Numbered from the stretch's first letter, positions 1-9,292 are shown. The stretch is DNA of 64,000 bases from Candidatus Multivorans sp. (GCA_965224025.1 OZ245033.1:736001-800000), one strand, 5' to 3'. Notes: generated by a model from the letters alone, not told the origin. Numbers and translations: made by a program.

Positions 1-1
1 C

Positions 2-814
2 TTCGACTGGTTGGAGAAGCTCGATACCAATAACGCCCAGGGCGAGTTCTACCTGACCGACGCCGTCTCCGCGGCCGCGCGCGAGAGTCCGGTTGCCTGC
101 GTCAGGGTGGAGGACGCCTCGGAAGTGCTCGGCGTCAACTCGCGGGCCGAACTCGCCGCCGTCCAGCGCGTCCTCTACCGTCGCAGCGTCGATTTGCTTC
201 TTGAAGCCGGGGTCACGATTCTCGATCCGGAGAGCGTGTGGGTGGACGCGGGCGTGACCGTCGGTCCGGACTCGGTGCTGCACCCCGGCGTCACCCTGCT
301 GGGCGCCAGCCATGTGGGGCGCGGCTGTGCCGTTCACACGGGCGCCTGGCTGCGCGACAGCGTCCTCGCCGACGAAGTCGATGTACTGCCCTACTCGGTT
401 CTCGACGGCGCCCGCGTCGCCTCGGGCTGCAGCGTCGGCCCCTTCGCCCGCTTGCGGCCGGAGGCGGTCCTGGACGAGGGCGCCCGGGTCGGCAACTTCG
501 TCGAAGTGAAGAAGTCGATCCTTGGGCCGGGCGTCAAGGCTTCCCACCTCGCCTACCTGGGCGATACGTCGGTCGGCGCGGGCGCCAACATCGGCGCCGG
601 AGTCATCACCTGCAACTACGACGGCAAGACGAAGAACCGCACGGTGATCGGCGAGGGAGCGTTCGTCGGCAGCGACACGATCCTGATCGCGCCGGTCGAG
701 GTCGGCGCCGGGGGTTACACGGGCGCCGGTTCGGTGATCACCCGGGATGTGCCGGAGGAGACCCTTGCCGTCGGCCGCGCGCGCCAGAAGAACATCAAGC
801 GCCGGCCGCGGTGA
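2..814 (+). CDS. glmU: Bifunctional UDP-GlcNAc pyrophosphorylase/glucosamine-1-P acetyltransferase, C-terminal part (5' end outside the window)
   Basis: NNAQGEFYLTD, GVNSRAEL, VGPFARLRP, GNFVEVKKS, HLAYLGD and NIGAGVITCNYDG motifs plus hexapeptide repeats. Confidence 0.97.
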   Translation, partial: FDWLEKLDTNNAQGEFYLTDAVSAAARESPVACVRVEDASEVLGVNSRAELAAVQRVLYRRSVDLLLEAGVTILDPESVWVDAGVTVGPDSVLHPGVTLLGASHVGRGCAVHTGAWLRDSVLADEVDVLPYSVLDGARVASGCSVGPFARLRPEAVLDEGARVGNFVEVKKSILGPGVKASHLAYLGDTSVGAGANIGAGVITCNYDGKTKNRTVIGEGAFVGSDTILIAPVEVGAGGYTGAGSVITRDVPEETLAVGRARQKNIKRRPR

Positions 815-843
815 CCCACCGCGGCGGCAAGGGCTGAACCGGC

Positions 844-3267
844 ATGGCGACCCGTGAGGGTGACTGCGCCCCGCATGTGGACTTCCGTTCCCGTCTGAAC
901 CAGGAACAGTTGGCGGCGGTCACCCACGACGGCGGGCCGCAGCTCGTGATCGCCGGCGCCGGGTCGGGCAAGACACGGGTCATCACCTACCGGATCGCGT
1001 GGCTGATCGCCGAGCGAGAGGTCGAGCCGTGGCGGATCGCGGCGGTGACCTTCACGAACAAGGCGGCGGACGAGATGCGCGAACGCGTCCTCGACCTGGT
1101 CGGCGCCAACGCGAACCCGGTTGGCGCGCCCCCGCGCCAACCGCGAACCGGTCCCCGCGCTCGTCAGCGGGCGCGGGGACGGAACGTTTTCGTCGGCACC
1201 TTCCACCGGTTCTGCGTGCGCCTGCTGCGCCGCTACGGCGACCGCGTCGGGCTCCAGTCCGGCTTCGCGATCGTGGACGCGCCGGACCAGTTGCGGTTGA
1301 TCAAGGCGGCTCTCTTGGCGGAGGACCTCGACGAGCGGACGTTTCAGCCCCGCGCGGTCCAGGGCCGGATCAGCGCCGCCAAGAACCGTCTGCTGACGCC
1401 CGCCGCGTTCGAGCGCGGGGCCGAGGACTTCTTCGACCGTCATGTCGCCGTCGTCTACCGCCGCTACCAGGCTGAACTGCGCCGGGCCGGCGGCGTCGAC
1501 TTCGACGATCTGATCGCGCTCGCGGTGCGGCTGCTGCGCGATGAAGCGGAGATCGGCGCGCGCGTCCGTGGACGCTTCCGTCACCTGCTCGTCGACGAGT
1601 TCCAGGACACGAATACGGCCCAGCTCGAACTGATCAAGAACCTCGTTCTCGACCCCGACGGCTCAGTCTCCGGGTTGACCGCGGTCGGCGACGAGGACCA
1701 GAGCATCTACGGCTGGCGGGGGGCCGAGATCGACAACCTGCTGCGCTTCGAGCGCCACTTCCCGGGTTCTCACGTCCGCAAGCTGGAGCGCAACTACCGC
1801 TCGACCCAGAACATCCTCGACGCCTCGGGGGCCGTGATCGCGCGCAACGAGGAGCGGCGCGGCAAGACGCTGTGGACGGATACGGGCGCGGGCGATCCCC
1901 TGCGGCTCTTCTTTGCCGCCGATCACGAGGACGAGGCGCGTTGGGTGGTGAGGCAGATCGCGGCGCTTCGCAACGACGGCTTCGAATTCGGCGACATGGC
2001 GGTACTCGTGCGCACCAACGCCCAGACGCGGGCGATCGAAGACCAGATGCTGCGGAGCGACGTCCCGTACTGCCTTGTCGCCGGCGTCCGGTTCTACGAG
2101 CGTGCCGAGGTCAAGGATATGGCCGCGTACCTTCGGGTGGTCAACAACCCGCGGGACAACCTGTCTCTGCGGCGGATCCTGAACCAGCCGCGGCGGGGCA
2201 TCGGCCGCAAGACCGAGGCGTTCCTGCTGGTCCGGGCGGCGAAGATGGGCCATTCCCTGTGGGACGCGATCCGACTCGACCCGCTGCAGGAGCTGCCGGC
2301 GCGGCGCCGGCGTGCGGTCAATGGCTTTCGGGGCCTGATCGAGGCGCTCCGGAAGGAAGCCGAGCGCCAGCCGCTGGCCGAACTCGTGCGGGGGACGATC
2401 GTCGCAGCCGGGTTCGAGTCCCTGTACGGCAAGGGCGACGAGGAGGGACGGGAGCGGCTCGACAACCTCGGGGAACTGGTCTCCTCGGCGCGGGACTTCC
2501 AGACCCGCTACGGCCGTGAGGACCTGCCCGCCCGGATCCCGGCCGCCGCGGTCCTTACGCCCGGCGATCCCCTGGGCCCGGCTGCCGAGGAACCGGAGGC
2601 GGATCCGCCGACGAGTCCGCTGACGAACTTCCTGGACTACGTTTCGCTCGTCAGCGACACGGACGGCCTGAACGCCGAACTCGGCGTCGCGGTCATGACC
2701 CTGCACAGCGCCAAGGGTCTCGAGTACCCGGCCGTTTGGGTCACCGGCCTCGAGGACGGTCTGCTGCCCCACTTCCACGCCGGGGGCGGCGCGCGGGACA
2801 TCGAGGAGGAGAGAAGGCTGTTCTACGTCGGCATGACCCGCGCCGAGCGGCGGCTGTTCCTGAGCGGCTGCCGCCGCCGGATGGTCGCGGGGGTGTTCAA
2901 GGATCGGCAGCCGTCGCCCTTCCTCATCGACGTGCCGGAGGAACTTGTGGAGACCGCCCAGAGCCCGGGTATCTACGCCGGGCCCCGCACCGCGGGTGTT
3001 CGCAGCTTCTTCAGCGCCGATCGGTCGGTTGGGGTCTCGTACCGGCCGGCGCCGCCCTCGGGCGCCAAGCGTCGACCGCCGGGCGGGCCGTTCAAGCAGG
3101 CGGCCGGCGGCTTGCGGCCGGGTGCGCACGTCCGCCACGCCACCCTGGGCAAGGGCGTGGTCCTGCACCTGGACGGCCAGGGCGAGAACGCCAAGCTGAC
3201 GGTCTTCTTCGACAAGGCCGGCAAACGGAAGCTGGTCCGCCGCTACGCGCCGCTGGAGGTTCTCTGA
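844..3267 (+). CDS. UvrD/PcrA superfamily 1 ATP-dependent DNA helicase
   Basis: AGAGSGKT Walker A, TFTNKAA, VDEFQDTN, VGDEDQSIYGWRGA, NYRST, TLHSAKGLE, EEERRLFYVGMTRA; C-terminal Tudor-like domain (HATLGKG). Confidence 0.96.
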   Translation: MATREGDCAPHVDFRSRLNQEQLAAVTHDGGPQLVIAGAGSGKTRVITYRIAWLIAEREVEPWRIAAVTFTNKAADEMRERVLDLVGANANPVGAPPRQPRTGPRARQRARGRNVFVGTFHRFCVRLLRRYGDRVGLQSGFAIVDAPDQLRLIKAALLAEDLDERTFQPRAVQGRISAAKNRLLTPAAFERGAEDFFDRHVAVVYRRYQAELRRAGGVDFDDLIALAVRLLRDEAEIGARVRGRFRHLLVDEFQDTNTAQLELIKNLVLDPDGSVSGLTAVGDEDQSIYGWRGAEIDNLLRFERHFPGSHVRKLERNYRSTQNILDASGAVIARNEERRGKTLWTDTGAGDPLRLFFAADHEDEARWVVRQIAALRNDGFEFGDMAVLVRTNAQTRAIEDQMLRSDVPYCLVAGVRFYERAEVKDMAAYLRVVNNPRDNLSLRRILNQPRRGIGRKTEAFLLVRAAKMGHSLWDAIRLDPLQELPARRRRAVNGFRGLIEALRKEAERQPLAELVRGTIVAAGFESLYGKGDEEGRERLDNLGELVSSARDFQTRYGREDLPARIPAAAVLTPGDPLGPAAEEPEADPPTSPLTNFLDYVSLVSDTDGLNAELGVAVMTLHSAKGLEYPAVWVTGLEDGLLPHFHAGGGARDIEEERRLFYVGMTRAERRLFLSGCRRRMVAGVFKDRQPSPFLIDVPEELVETAQSPGIYAGPRTAGVRSFFSADRSVGVSYRPAPPSGAKRRPPGGPFKQAAGGLRPGAHVRHATLGKGVVLHLDGQGENAKLTVFFDKAGKRKLVRRYAPLEVL

Positions 3268-3468
3268 GCATCGGGGAATACAGACTTGGGTAGACGGCCG
3301 GTGGATGAGAGCCGTCGCTCTCCTGGTGGTTGTAGTGGCTTGTCCGATGCTGAGTCCCTCTCTGCCAACGTACGTGACACAGTCGTCGGAAGCTCACCTC
3401 CATCTGGAGCGTTCTCCACACCAGCCGCCCCATCACTGGGACAGCCAACGACACCCAACGGAGCAAGC

Positions 3469-4389
3469 GTGCGAAACCTCCTGCTGGCAATCGCCATGGC
3501 AGTCACATTCGGATCGGCCGGAATGGGCCAAGAGATGCCACCACTTCCAGAGACATGGGGGCGCTACTGGCCGGATTGGGGGCACGAATGGATGTCTGTG
3601 TCGGTGGCGCTGAATCCTGACGGCAGCGTGTCGTCAAAGCTGCCCGACAAGTCCCGCGAGAAGTTCGAGGAACAGATAGCGAAATTCGAGCGGCTGTTCG
3701 GCTCCGCTTCCGAGCATGGACTCGAGGAGGGCGTCGTAGCGCCCAAGAAGTTCTGTCCGCCCGAAGGCACCATCGCCTGGGGCAACAAGATTGCGGAGAA
3801 TCTGGGATCCATCCTGCTTCTGTCCGAAGTAGCGGTGAAGGCGACGATCGACTCGGTGTCGCTCGGATTCGGCACGGGCGGTTATCCAAAGGCCCTCATA
3901 GGCCTCACGGACGTGGAGCCTCTGAGGAGCCGTTCTCCAGTGCCCGAGTACGCGGTGTTCCCGATTGGGCAACTGGTAGCCCACGGCCATGTGTTCTGTG
4001 GACATCGGGGACAGATCGGGACAGGAGAGTACCGAGGTCCGTATCAGCCGCGAGTTGGTTCGCAGATCGTCCTGATCGGAGGCTGGCGAGACGGCACGGT
4101 GTTCCTGGGTTCATCGGACGCCTGGTATGCGGAGTTGAACGACGGCGCTCTCGAATGGAGGTTCGGAGGGTACGAGGGAAGGACACTCGAAGACGTGACG
4201 AACCTCATCTCGAGGCTCGAGACGAGGGGTTTGTTTGAGCAAACGGACCACTTGGCCAGGGCCGAACAGCACTCAAAGGAGCGGGTGCGGTTCGGGCAGG
4301 CGTGGGGAAGGGCAGTTCGACGTGGCTGCGAGCCGGCCGTCATCAATCGTGAAGGCGGCGAAATCGTTGACTGCGAGATCGAGCAGTGA
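3469..4389 (+). CDS. Hypothetical secreted protein
   Basis: GTG after GGAG gives a signal-peptide-like N-terminus (RNLLLAIAMAVTFGSAGMG); lower GC than the flanks; no recognisable family. Confidence 0.6.
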   Translation: MRNLLLAIAMAVTFGSAGMGQEMPPLPETWGRYWPDWGHEWMSVSVALNPDGSVSSKLPDKSREKFEEQIAKFERLFGSASEHGLEEGVVAPKKFCPPEGTIAWGNKIAENLGSILLLSEVAVKATIDSVSLGFGTGGYPKALIGLTDVEPLRSRSPVPEYAVFPIGQLVAHGHVFCGHRGQIGTGEYRGPYQPRVGSQIVLIGGWRDGTVFLGSSDAWYAELNDGALEWRFGGYEGRTLEDVTNLISRLETRGLFEQTDHLARAEQHSKERVRFGQAWGRAVRRGCEPAVINREGGEIVDCEIEQ

Positions 4390-5560
4390 TCGTTCGGGCG
4401 GTTCTCCTGGCCCTCATCACATCCAGTCTCTCGACGACAACCGAAGCCCACGCCCAACAGACGACGCAGTGCACCCTCAAGAGGGACCAGAATCGAGCGA
4501 CCTGAACCCGTTCCACGGAGACTGCCCGCCGGACTGCAAGCTGTTTCCGTCTGACCCGCGATGCGGGGACGTCACGTACGAAGTCTGCTGGGGCCGATAC
4601 GTGGATACGGATGGCGACGGAGAGCTCGAATGCGTACCGGCGGAGTTGAGTGGCATGAGCCGGGACTTCAACTGCAAGGTCTACGAATCAGGCGATCCCC
4701 CGAACAACGATGGGCCACGGGGCGCTTCCGATTCCACGCCCACCTGGGGCTGCACGAATCTGAGCGGCACCCTTGACGACTCGTTGGAGAAGTCTTCCGG
4801 CGGGAACCCACACGCTCCCGGTGTACCCGTTCGCCGACGGAACAGGCGACTACACGCTGGCCGTGACGTATGTCGCCGACCCTCTTCCGTCGCCGATCGC
4901 GAAGATCCTGCCGTTCACCAGTGAAGTCACGACCCATTCGTCGAGCACGTTCAGGTTCTCGCTGACCGAGAGCACCGACATCACGGTGCTGATCTCGGAA
5001 CTGACCGCGGACTTCGACTGCCGCGTTGAGCCCGAGACGGAGTGCTCCAACAACCGCGGAACTCTCGACGACTCGTGGTCTGGAACGCTCGAGTCCGCGA
5101 CTCACTCGTTGACCGTGTACCGCACGACCGTGCCAGCGGCTTCTTCAAGCTCGCCGTCTACAGAACCGGTGAGCCGCCGCCAGCGGAGGACTCCGACGAG
5201 GACGACGATTCGGACGACGACGAGGATGGCGATGACGACCCGGACCCGCCCGGCGCCCCGACGCTTTCGGGCAGCGTCACCGTCACGAGCACATCCTGAC
5301 CTGGACCGCGCCGACGAGAAGCAGCGACATCACGGGCTACCGGTTGGAGTCCCGAGCCTCCGCAACCACGAACTGGAGTTCCCCGACGGGTGGTTCCGCG
5401 ACCGCATCAAGCCTGAGTGCCACCACACTGACGTGGAACATCGTCACTTCGGCCTCGGCGGTTCGGTTCTACCGGGTTGTAGCGTCCAACGAGGACGGAG
5501 AAGGCCCGTGGTCCAACGAGATCAAGCTGGAGTCCGACGGCCCGCATGACCCGGCACTAT
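4390..5560 (+). pseudogene. Fragmented extracellular protein (repeated Cys-containing PPC-like modules plus a fibronectin type III remnant)
   Basis: Two related modules (ELSGMSRDFNCKV..GCTNLSGTLDDS and ISELTADFDCRV..ECSNNRGTLDDSW) and FN3-like pieces (PGAPTL, LTWTAP..ITGYRLE, YRVVASNEDGEGPWS) spread over different frames. Confidence 0.5.
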
Positions 5561-5732
5561 CGGGTCAGAGCCTCCAACGCCGGCGGCAGCGGGGCCTGGT
5601 CGAACGAAGTGGTCCTGACTTCGGGCGGGTGAACCGTACCGAGTGGTCGGGGAACTACGGTAGTCAGTACACCCGTCACCCCACGACCGCCGCTTGGCAA
5701 CCACCCCTATAGGCCCCTGAGCAGCGGCCTGC

Positions 5733-5741
5733 TGCTACACT
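5733..5741 (+). promoter_or_regulatory. Putative extended -10 promoter of the tRNA cluster
   Basis: TG-C-TACACT followed by a GC-rich discriminator 15 bp before tRNA-Pro; the same 9-mer lies upstream of the Rrf2 gene. Confidence 0.5.
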
Positions 5742-5756
5742 CCGGCGCCTGCCTGT

Positions 5757-5830
5757 CGGGGCGTGGCGCAGTCTGGTAGCGCACCTGCCTTGGGCGCAGG
5801 GGGTCCTCAGTTCAAATCTGGGCGCCCCGA
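5757..5830 (+). tRNA. tRNA-Pro(TGG)
   Basis: Acceptor CGGGGCG/CGCCCCG, anticodon arm CCTGC-CTTGGGC-GCAGG, T loop TTCAAAT; CCA not encoded. Confidence 0.95.
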
Positions 5831-5873
5831 TATCGCTCGCATGCCCGGGCCTCGGCTACCCTGTCGCTTTCAC

Positions 5874-5950
5874 CTGCCTGTAGCTCAGATGGATAGAGCG
5901 GCGGCCTTCTAAGCCGCGGGTCGGGGGTTCGAGTCCCTCCAGGCAGGCCA
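5874..5950 (+). tRNA. tRNA-Arg(TCT)
   Basis: Acceptor CTGCCTG/CAGGCAG, anticodon arm GCGGC-CTTCTAA-GCCGC, TTCGAG, 3' CCA. Confidence 0.96.
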
Positions 5951-5979
5951 GTCGCCTTGGAGTTCAGTCGGATAAGTCT

Positions 5980-6056
5980 GGTGGGTGTAGCTCAACCGGT
6001 AGAGCACTTGATTGTGGTTCAAGTGGTTGGGGGTTCAAGTCCCCTCACCCACCCCA
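5980..6056 (+). tRNA. tRNA-His(GTG)
   Basis: G-1 plus GTGGGTG/CACCCAC acceptor, anticodon arm CTTGA-TTGTGGT-TCAAG, 3' CCA. Confidence 0.96.
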
Positions 6057-6083
6057 TGTCCGTTTTCGTTTCCTCCCATTCAC

Positions 6084-6160
6084 GCGCCCGTAGCTCAGCT
6101 GGATAGAGCGACGGCCTCCGGAGCCGTAGGTCAGGGGTTCGAATCCCTTCGGGCGCGCCA
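6084..6160 (+). tRNA. tRNA-Arg(CCG)
   Basis: Acceptor GCGCCCG/CGGGCGC, anticodon arm ACGGC-CTCCGGA-GCCGT, TTCGAAT, 3' CCA. Confidence 0.96.
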
Positions 6161-6217
6161 CATTCCTGCAGACCTCCTTAGGGGAAGTTGCAGGCGCGCA
6201 GCAGAAGAAGGAGGAGG

Positions 6218-6305
6218 AGCGAGGCTTGCGCCTCGCGCTGTGCTTCTCGGAAAGCCGGTCTCCGGCCGGCGTCAGGCGCGCCGCCGCGAAGCGGCGCGCG
6301 CGAGC
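6218..6305. repeat. REP-like palindromic repeat cluster (family A)
   Basis: GCGAGGC-TTGC-GCCTCGC hairpin, then a 52-nt unit (6254-6305) that is the inverted copy (48/52) of 7424-7475. Confidence 0.8.
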
Positions 6306-6338
6306 CGTATGCTCTGACGAGATATCGACCCGGCACCG

Positions 6339-7424
6339 ATGACGACCACCGAAACGACACCGTCCAGACCCCTCCGAATCCTCCTGGTTCGCCTTTCGGC
6401 AATCGGCGACTGCCTGCACGCGGCGCCGGTGGCGGCGGCGCTTCGCCGCGCGCATCCGGGGGCGTTCATCGGCTGGGCGATCCAGGAGCCTGCCGCGACC
6501 CTCTTGCGGGGCTGCCCCGGCGTCGACTGCTTTCATGTCTACCCTCGCCGGGGCCGCGGCATTGCGGCGCGGCTTGAGGCGTTCCGCCGCTTTCGCCGCG
6601 AACTCAGAAGCTGCCGCTACGACGCTGCAATCGATGTCCAGGGTCTCACGAAGAGTGGGCTGGTGGCTTGGTGGAGCGGCGCCCGGCAGCGAGTGGGCTT
6701 TCGCGGTGGACCGGCGATGGGCAGCCGGGAGCTGAATGCCCTGTTTCTGAACCGACGCTTCGCCGTTGACCCTGCCGTGACCCACGTCGTCGACCGCAAC
6801 CTGGCGCTGGTCCGCGCCTCGGGATTGGCCGGCAAGAAAGCCCCGATCGCGGAGTGGCGGCTGCCCGACTACGCAAAGCCCGAGGCCCTCGTCTTTCTCG
6901 AGCGCCACGGCCTGGGCGCCGGTGGCTATGCGGTGGTATCGCCCGGGACGATCTGGCGCACGAAGCACTGGCCGCCGGGCCATTTTGCGGCCGCGGTGCG
7001 GCGCTTGGCGCGGGAGCGCGGCTTGCCGGTGGTCGTCGTCTGGGCGGGCGAGGAGGAACGTCGGGTGGCGGAGCAGATCGTGGCCGGCGCCGGGGATGGC
7101 TGGCCGATCCTGCTCGCACGGCCGACCGATCTGCGCGAGCTGGCGACCCTGTTGCGGCACGCGGCCCTGTTCCTGGGTTGCGATTCCGGCCCAGCCCATC
7201 TGGCCGCTGCACTCGACGTGCCGTGCGTATCCGTGTTCGGGCCGACGGATCCTGCCCGCAACGGCCCCTACGGGCCGCGGTCCATCGCCGTGCAGATCGA
7301 CCAGCGGCTGGAATGCCAACCATGCTGGCGGCGCACCTGCAGCCGCGGCGACTTCGCGTGTATGGAGCGGTTGGATGCCGACCAGGTCGTGGAGGCTTGC
7401 CTGAGAAAGCTCGACACGGCCTAG
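6339..7424 (+). CDS. Glycosyltransferase family 9 (LPS heptosyltransferase, WaaC/WaaF-like)
   Basis: ILLVRLSAIGD, YDAAIDVQGLTKS, KHWP and GCDSGPAHLAAALDVP..FGPT motifs. Confidence 0.92.
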   Translation: MTTTETTPSRPLRILLVRLSAIGDCLHAAPVAAALRRAHPGAFIGWAIQEPAATLLRGCPGVDCFHVYPRRGRGIAARLEAFRRFRRELRSCRYDAAIDVQGLTKSGLVAWWSGARQRVGFRGGPAMGSRELNALFLNRRFAVDPAVTHVVDRNLALVRASGLAGKKAPIAEWRLPDYAKPEALVFLERHGLGAGGYAVVSPGTIWRTKHWPPGHFAAAVRRLARERGLPVVVVWAGEEERRVAEQIVAGAGDGWPILLARPTDLRELATLLRHAALFLGCDSGPAHLAAALDVPCVSVFGPTDPARNGPYGPRSIAVQIDQRLECQPCWRRTCSRGDFACMERLDADQVVEACLRKLDTA

Positions 7425-7480
7425 CTCGCGCGCGCCGCTTCGCGGCCGCGCGTCTGATGCCGGCCGGAGGCCGGCGTACC
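7424..7480. repeat. REP-like repeat (family A), target of the IS110 insertion
   Basis: GCCGGCC-GGA-GGCCGGC hairpin followed by GTACC; its tail (CAGC) resumes at 9191 after the IS; an uninterrupted relative is at 31991-32016. Confidence 0.8.
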
Positions 7481-7689
7481 TGTACCTTTCTCGGGTGGAT
7501 TCTGGTGGGTCGTTGAGAGAGGTGGAATCGACCAGTAGCCGTCGCGGCTGCGGTAGCTGTGGGAAACCGGCTTGCCGGTTTTCCAAGGTCCGGCGGGAAA
7601 CGGTCTGCCGTTTTCCGCGGGACCGGCAGCTTCCGCAGCCGAGACCGCCGGTCGGTTGCGTCTCCGGCCTGCCGGAGTCACTGAAGGAA

Positions 7690-7846
7690 AGTCGGCAAGC
7701 AGCCAGGAGCGACCACCGGCGTACTGTGCTTCGAGCACCTGGCTGGGACCCGTGCCCTGGCTGCTTCGCCGCGTTGGACGCCCAGTGGAGAGTCAGTGCC
7801 TTAGAGCACCAGTACAGGTACGGGCAGGCAACGCGGCATGCCGACC
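7690..7846 (+). ncRNA. IS110 bridge RNA (target-binding and donor-binding loops); 5' boundary uncertain
   Basis: Closing stem GTCGGCA/TGCCGAC. Loop 1 carries CCGGCGTAC and GCTGGG, matching the target flanks. Loop 2 carries GTGGAGAGTC and GTACAGG, matching the donor junction. Confidence 0.88.
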
Positions 7847-7880
7847 AGGCAACACTACCGCAAGGGAGAAGGAGGACGAG

Positions 7881-9134
7881 ATGACCAGGACGTGGTTCGT
7901 CGGCGTGGACTGGGGGTCCGAGACCCACCACGTGTGTGTGCTGGATCGGGACGGCAAGGTGAGGGGGGAGCGGGCGTTCGACCACAGCGGCAAGGGACTT
8001 GCCGCCATGGCCGACTGGCTCCTTGGACATACCCGACCGACGTCTCCGGACGAGATCGGCGTCGCCATCGAGGTGCCGCACGGACCGGTGGTCGAGACTC
8101 TCCTGGAGCGGGGCTTCGCCGTGCATTCGATCAACCCCAAGCAGCTCGACCGCTTCAGGGACCGCTTCTCCGTCGCCGGCGCCAAGGATGACCGCCGCGA
8201 TGCACGGGCGCTCGCCGCCGCGCTTCGCACCGACCCCGAGTGCCTGAACCGCGTGCAACCATCCGATGCAGCCATCGTGATGCTGCGCGAGGTGTCCCGC
8301 GGCCGCAAGCAGTTGGTCGGCCAGAAGAACCGCCTGGAGAACCAAGTCCGCGACCAGATCTGGCGCTACTACCCGCAGTTTCTCGCCGTGGTCAAGAACG
8401 AGGTGTCGGCGCCCTTCGCGCTGGCCTTGTGGCGACTGGCGCCGACCCCCGGCAAGGCTCGACGGCTGCGCGAAGCCACGCTCGCCAAACTGCTCAAGGA
8501 ACACCGCATCCGGCGCCTGACCTCCGCCCAACTGCGCGATCAACTGCGGGCCGAGCCGATCGCCGTTTCCCCGGACACCGTTAAGGCCGCCGTCGAACAC
8601 ATAGGACTCCTCCGGCCGGTGCTCGACACCGTCTGCCGCCAACTCGCCGACGCCGACAAGCGGCTGGAGCGGATGACCCGCGCACTCGAGGCCCCGGCCC
8701 AACGGGAAAACGACGACGACTCCCCTAAGCCGAGCGACGCCGCCATCCTCAGGTCGCTGCCCGGACTCGGCAAGGTCGGCCTCGCCACCCTGCTCTCCGA
8801 GGCCGATCAAAGCCTGGGCCGCAGAGACCACGAGGCACTGCGTTGCCTCTGCGGAGTGGCGCCGGTGACCGTCAAGTCCGGCAAGAAGCTCATCGTCATG
8901 CGACGACTCGCCGCCAACGAACACCTCAGCGACGCCGTCTATCACTGGGGACGAGTCGCCATCCAGCACGACCCGATCAGCCGCGCCAAGTACGACGCCA
9001 TGAAAGCCCAGGGAAAGACGCACGGACGCGCCATCAGACAACTCGTCGACCGACTCCTCGGCGTCGCCTGCGCCATGCTCCGAGACCGAACTCTCTTCGA
9101 CCCCAACAAGCGATGCCATGCCCAGGTCGCATGA
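7881..9134 (+). CDS. IS110 family transposase/recombinase
   Basis: RuvC-like DEDD (VGVDWG, IEVP, KDDRRDA) and Tnp20 domain (LRSLPGLG, GVAPVTVKSGK with the catalytic Ser); strong GGAGGA RBS before ATG 7881. Confidence 0.96.
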   Translation: MTRTWFVGVDWGSETHHVCVLDRDGKVRGERAFDHSGKGLAAMADWLLGHTRPTSPDEIGVAIEVPHGPVVETLLERGFAVHSINPKQLDRFRDRFSVAGAKDDRRDARALAAALRTDPECLNRVQPSDAAIVMLREVSRGRKQLVGQKNRLENQVRDQIWRYYPQFLAVVKNEVSAPFALALWRLAPTPGKARRLREATLAKLLKEHRIRRLTSAQLRDQLRAEPIAVSPDTVKAAVEHIGLLRPVLDTVCRQLADADKRLERMTRALEAPAQRENDDDSPKPSDAAILRSLPGLGKVGLATLLSEADQSLGRRDHEALRCLCGVAPVTVKSGKKLIVMRRLAANEHLSDAVYHWGRVAIQHDPISRAKYDAMKAQGKTHGRAIRQLVDRLLGVACAMLRDRTLFDPNKRCHAQVA

Positions 9135-9292
9135 CCTCCCTGACCCGCAGCAGCCTCCCCAAAACACACTTGCTAAAGGGTGGAGAGTCCCAGCGGTAGG
9201 GCGTCGGCGTGGCGGGAACCTCTACTACAGACATCATGGCTCGCTGCGGTGGATACGGCTCGGGCGGGCCACTGCTTGGCATACTTCGATCG

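Larger units (their letters stand above)
7479..9190 (+). mobile_element. Complete IS110-family element (IS110 group, non-coding left end), CC core at both ends
   Basis: No terminal inverted repeats; CC at 7479-7480 and 9189-9190; removing the element restores the REP sequence CCGGCGTA-CC-CAGC; encodes a DEDD recombinase. Confidence 0.93.

Noticed and set aside
7572-7880. 103-aa N-terminal extension of the IS110 transposase
   Set aside because: The region is the structured bridge RNA, and a strong RBS precedes ATG 7881 where the DEDD domain begins
6045-9167. 1040-aa minus-strand ORF (and similar long shadow ORFs such as 1663-3168, 17077-19248, 25961-28609, 38302-39819)
   Set aside because: Antisense or off-frame to well-supported genes and tRNAs; stop-codon scarcity is expected at this GC content
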